IMG/VR virus record: IMGVR_UViG_3300047157_000170
Source of the DNA: an uncultured virus (IMG/VR IMGVR_UViG_3300047157_000170)
Taxonomy: Duplodnaviria; Heunggongvirae; Uroviricota; Caudoviricetes
Reading direction: 5' to 3' (one strand)
Length of the DNA: 20,000 bases
Shown: positions 17,606 to 20,000 of the stretch, in pieces
Layout: each line of letters starts with the position of its first letter
Position numbering within the stretch: the stretch's first letter is position 1
Translations under genes and position numbers: made by a program
Notes under the pieces: model-generated
Databases searched by the model: none
What the model was told of the DNA's origin: nothing
Seen by the model: the letters and a program-made list of their open reading frames with translations, nothing else

Positions 17606-17790
17606 TGGAAGATAAATCTAACACTCTCAAAGACGCAACTCCAGAACAAATAAAAAATTGGCAAGAAACAGAACTTAAGTGGTGGTCTGATAGAGCATTA
17701 TCATTTGTAGCAATTGCAAGTGTACTCCAGTTTTCAACATTACTTTTTATGATGTTTAACTTCTGGGTCATCAGCTTAATGACAAACTAA
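17605..17790 (+). CDS. Small hypothetical membrane protein (C-terminal TM)
   Basis: 61 aa; TAATG stop/start overlap with gp55; hydrophobic C-terminal half. Confidence 0.7.
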   Translation: MEDKSNTLKDATPEQIKNWQETELKWWSDRALSFVAIASVLQFSTLLFMMFNFWVISLMTN

Positions 17791-17793
17791 TAT

Positions 17794-18849
17794 ATGAAAT
17801 TTGCAGTATTAAACGACACCCATGCTGGTGTCAGAAACGACAGTGTTCATTTTCACGAATATCAAAGAAGATTTTATGAAGAAGTCTTTTTTCCATATTG
17901 TAAAGAAAATGACATCAAACATATTGTTCACTTAGGTGATTACTTTGATAAAAGAACTGGAATCAATTTCCTTTCCTTACAAAAAAACAAAGAACACTTT
18001 ATTGACCCACTTATAGAAAATGGAATGACCATGGACTTAACTCTGGGTAATCATGACCTTTACTATAAGAACACCAGTGAGGTAAACTCATGTGATGCAT
18101 TATTAAAGTATGATAATATTACAATCTATCAAGATACTATAACTAAAGACTATGATGGTTGTCTAATTACTTTGATACCTTGGATTCATAAAAACAATTT
18201 AGAAGATACAATGGAACATATAGAATTGACTACATCTGCAATTGCAATGGGTCACTTAGAAATAGAAGGTGCAATCATGATGCCTGGCTATTATTCTTCT
18301 CATGGTACATCAATGAATACATTCAAAAGATTTGAACATGTATATACTGGTCACTTTCACACTGGGTCAACACTAAACAATATTACCTACCTTGGTTCTC
18401 AGTTTGAATTTACTTGGTCAGATTATGGTGACCCTAAATCATTTCATATATTTGATACAGATACAAGAGAAATGAAAAAGATTAGAAACCCTATTCGAAT
18501 GTTTGAAAAGGTTTTTTATGATGATTCCAAATTAACTCAAGAAGAAATAATTGCAATGGACTTCGAACATTTAAAAAACATGTTTGTAAAAGTTATCGTA
18601 ATGAATAAAGAAAATCCATATTGGTTTGACCTATTCATTGAAAAACTAAACAAAGCAGATGTGATTGATTTCAAGGTTGTAGAAGACCATGGAAACTTAG
18701 GAGACATGTCAGATGAAGATATGGCTTCAGATGCAGAGGATACTCTTACTATATTAACAAAACATATTGAAGGAATGGAAATAACTGGAGATAAAGCAAA
18801 ACTAGAAAACTTAGTTAGGTCTCTTTATACAGAGGCCCTTGACGCATAG
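17794..18849 (+). CDS. gp47: Recombination endonuclease subunit gp47 (Mre11/SbcD-like)
   Basis: Metallophosphoesterase motifs DTH, HLGDYFD, GNHD, GH and GHFH. Confidence 0.96.
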   Translation: MKFAVLNDTHAGVRNDSVHFHEYQRRFYEEVFFPYCKENDIKHIVHLGDYFDKRTGINFLSLQKNKEHFIDPLIENGMTMDLTLGNHDLYYKNTSEVNSCDALLKYDNITIYQDTITKDYDGCLITLIPWIHKNNLEDTMEHIELTTSAIAMGHLEIEGAIMMPGYYSSHGTSMNTFKRFEHVYTGHFHTGSTLNNITYLGSQFEFTWSDYGDPKSFHIFDTDTREMKKIRNPIRMFEKVFYDDSKLTQEEIIAMDFEHLKNMFVKVIVMNKENPYWFDLFIEKLNKADVIDFKVVEDHGNLGDMSDEDMASDAEDTLTILTKHIEGMEITGDKAKLENLVRSLYTEALDA

Positions 18850-20000
18850 ATGATAAAATTTAAAGTAGTTAGATGGAAAAATTTACTTTCCACTGGTAAC
18901 CAATTTACAGAAGTCTTTTTAGAAAATCGCAAAGCAACCCTAATCTTAGGGGAGAATGGTAGTGGTAAATCTACAATGTTAGATGCACTATGTTTTGGAT
19001 TATTTGGAAAAGGATTTCGTAAGATATCCAAAAACTCACTCATAAACTCAGTCAACCAAAGAGGGATGGTTGTCGAGGTTGAGTTTGCAATTGGGTCAAA
19101 GCAGTATCGAGTTGTTCGTGGTGCAAAACCAAATGTGTTTGAAATTTTCTTGAATGATAGAATAATTAATCAAGATGCAAACATGAGGGATTATCAAGAA
19201 CAACTTGAGAAACAAATCCTAAAACTTAACTATAAGACATTTACTCAAGTAGTTATTTTAGGTAGTTCAACTTTCACACCATTCATGCAAATGAATCAAA
19301 ATGACAGAAGAGGTATTATAGAAGATATCCTAGATATCAATATTTTTACTGTTATGAATAATTTATTAAAAACAAGAATGACTGCATTGAAAAGTGAACT
19401 TCATGATTTAGATTATGAAATCCGACTTTCAGAAGACAGAATCGAAACCTACAAAAAACACATCAAGTCACTTGGTGATAATCGTAGACAGAAGATTGAA
19501 GGTTTTAATGAAAGTGTTGAACAGGCTCAAACAAACATTAACACTGTACAAGAAGAATGTAATGTACTGTTAAAGGATGTTGAGGAATTACAGAATGAAT
19601 CTTCGGATAGTGAAACTATAAAACAGAAACTAACCAAGACTCTTGAATTGCAAAAACAATTAGACCTTGCAAAATCAAGAGGTACAAAGGAGATACAATT
19701 CTATGAGGATAATGACGAATGTCCCACCTGTCACAGAGATATGGAAGACGACTTTAAACAAGAGAAGATATCAACAACATCAAAAAAAGTTACAGAAATC
19801 GAAAAAGGAATCAATGAAATTACAAACAACATTGTATCTATCAATGAACGAATCCAAGAAATCGAGAAAATACAAAGCAAGGTCGACACTCTCAACAGAC
19901 AAGTTGCACAAAAACAGAATGAAATTTCTGCGTCAAATCAATACATCACAAAAATAAATGCAGAGATAGAAAAATTACGAACTGAAAATGTTACCGATGA
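18850..20000 (+). CDS. gp46: Recombination ATPase subunit gp46 (Rad50/SbcC-like), partial; runs off the window
   Basis: ATG at 18850: MIKFKVVRWKNLLSTGN, Walker A GENGSGKSTMLDAL, FTQVVILGSSTFTPFMQ, coiled coil and zinc hook CPTC at 19720-19731. Not in the ORF track because there is no stop in the window. Confidence 0.95.
   Translation, partial: MIKFKVVRWKNLLSTGNQFTEVFLENRKATLILGENGSGKSTMLDALCFGLFGKGFRKISKNSLINSVNQRGMVVEVEFAIGSKQYRVVRGAKPNVFEIFLNDRIINQDANMRDYQEQLEKQILKLNYKTFTQVVILGSSTFTPFMQMNQNDRRGIIEDILDINIFTVMNNLLKTRMTALKSELHDLDYEIRLSEDRIETYKKHIKSLGDNRRQKIEGFNESVEQAQTNINTVQEECNVLLKDVEELQNESSDSETIKQKLTKTLELQKQLDLAKSRGTKEIQFYEDNDECPTCHRDMEDDFKQEKISTTSKKVTEIEKGINEITNNIVSINERIQEIEKIQSKVDTLNRQVAQKQNEISASNQYITKINAEIEKLRTENVTD

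Noticed and set aside
113..19957. Minus-strand and nested alternative-frame ORFs in the track (e.g. 113-361, 1916-2164, 10289-10624, 13502-13750, 19667-19957)
   Set aside because: They are shadows of well-supported + strand genes, with no RBS or recognisable motifs.
1..20000. tRNA genes, alternative genetic code or host assignment
   Set aside because: No cloverleaf was seen, core genes read normally with the standard code, and no gene in the window identifies the host.

Overview
AT-rich (~35% GC by eye) segment of a T4-like myovirus of the marine/aquatic type. All genes lie on the + strand. It carries the neck, tail, packaging and head module (gp13, gp14, gp15, gp16, gp17, gp18, gp19, gp20, gp67/68-like, gp21, gp22, gp23), then a gp3 fragment, uvsY, a 2OG-Fe(II) oxygenase, uvsW, an Sm-like protein, late sigma gp55, gp47 and the start of gp46. 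Five 1-2 nt insertions split gp18, gp21, gp22 (twice) and gp23. They look like long-read errors, and three fall on the rare GGCCC motif. The most unusual stretch is 13211-13403: gp23 breaks off into the 3' part of a glutamine-riboswitch-like (glnA/Downstream-peptide) RNA with a greatly expanded, branched P3. A Shine-Dalgarno and a 'YRG' peptide start follow, joined in frame to the C-terminal half of gp3. The window also shows strong restriction-site sculpting: I found no GATC or GGWCC, and CCWGG and GCWGC survive only next to GGC/RGCY. Several promoters appear to give leaderless mRNAs, and a divergent antisense promoter sits upstream of gp55. All calls come from manual reading; no searches were run.
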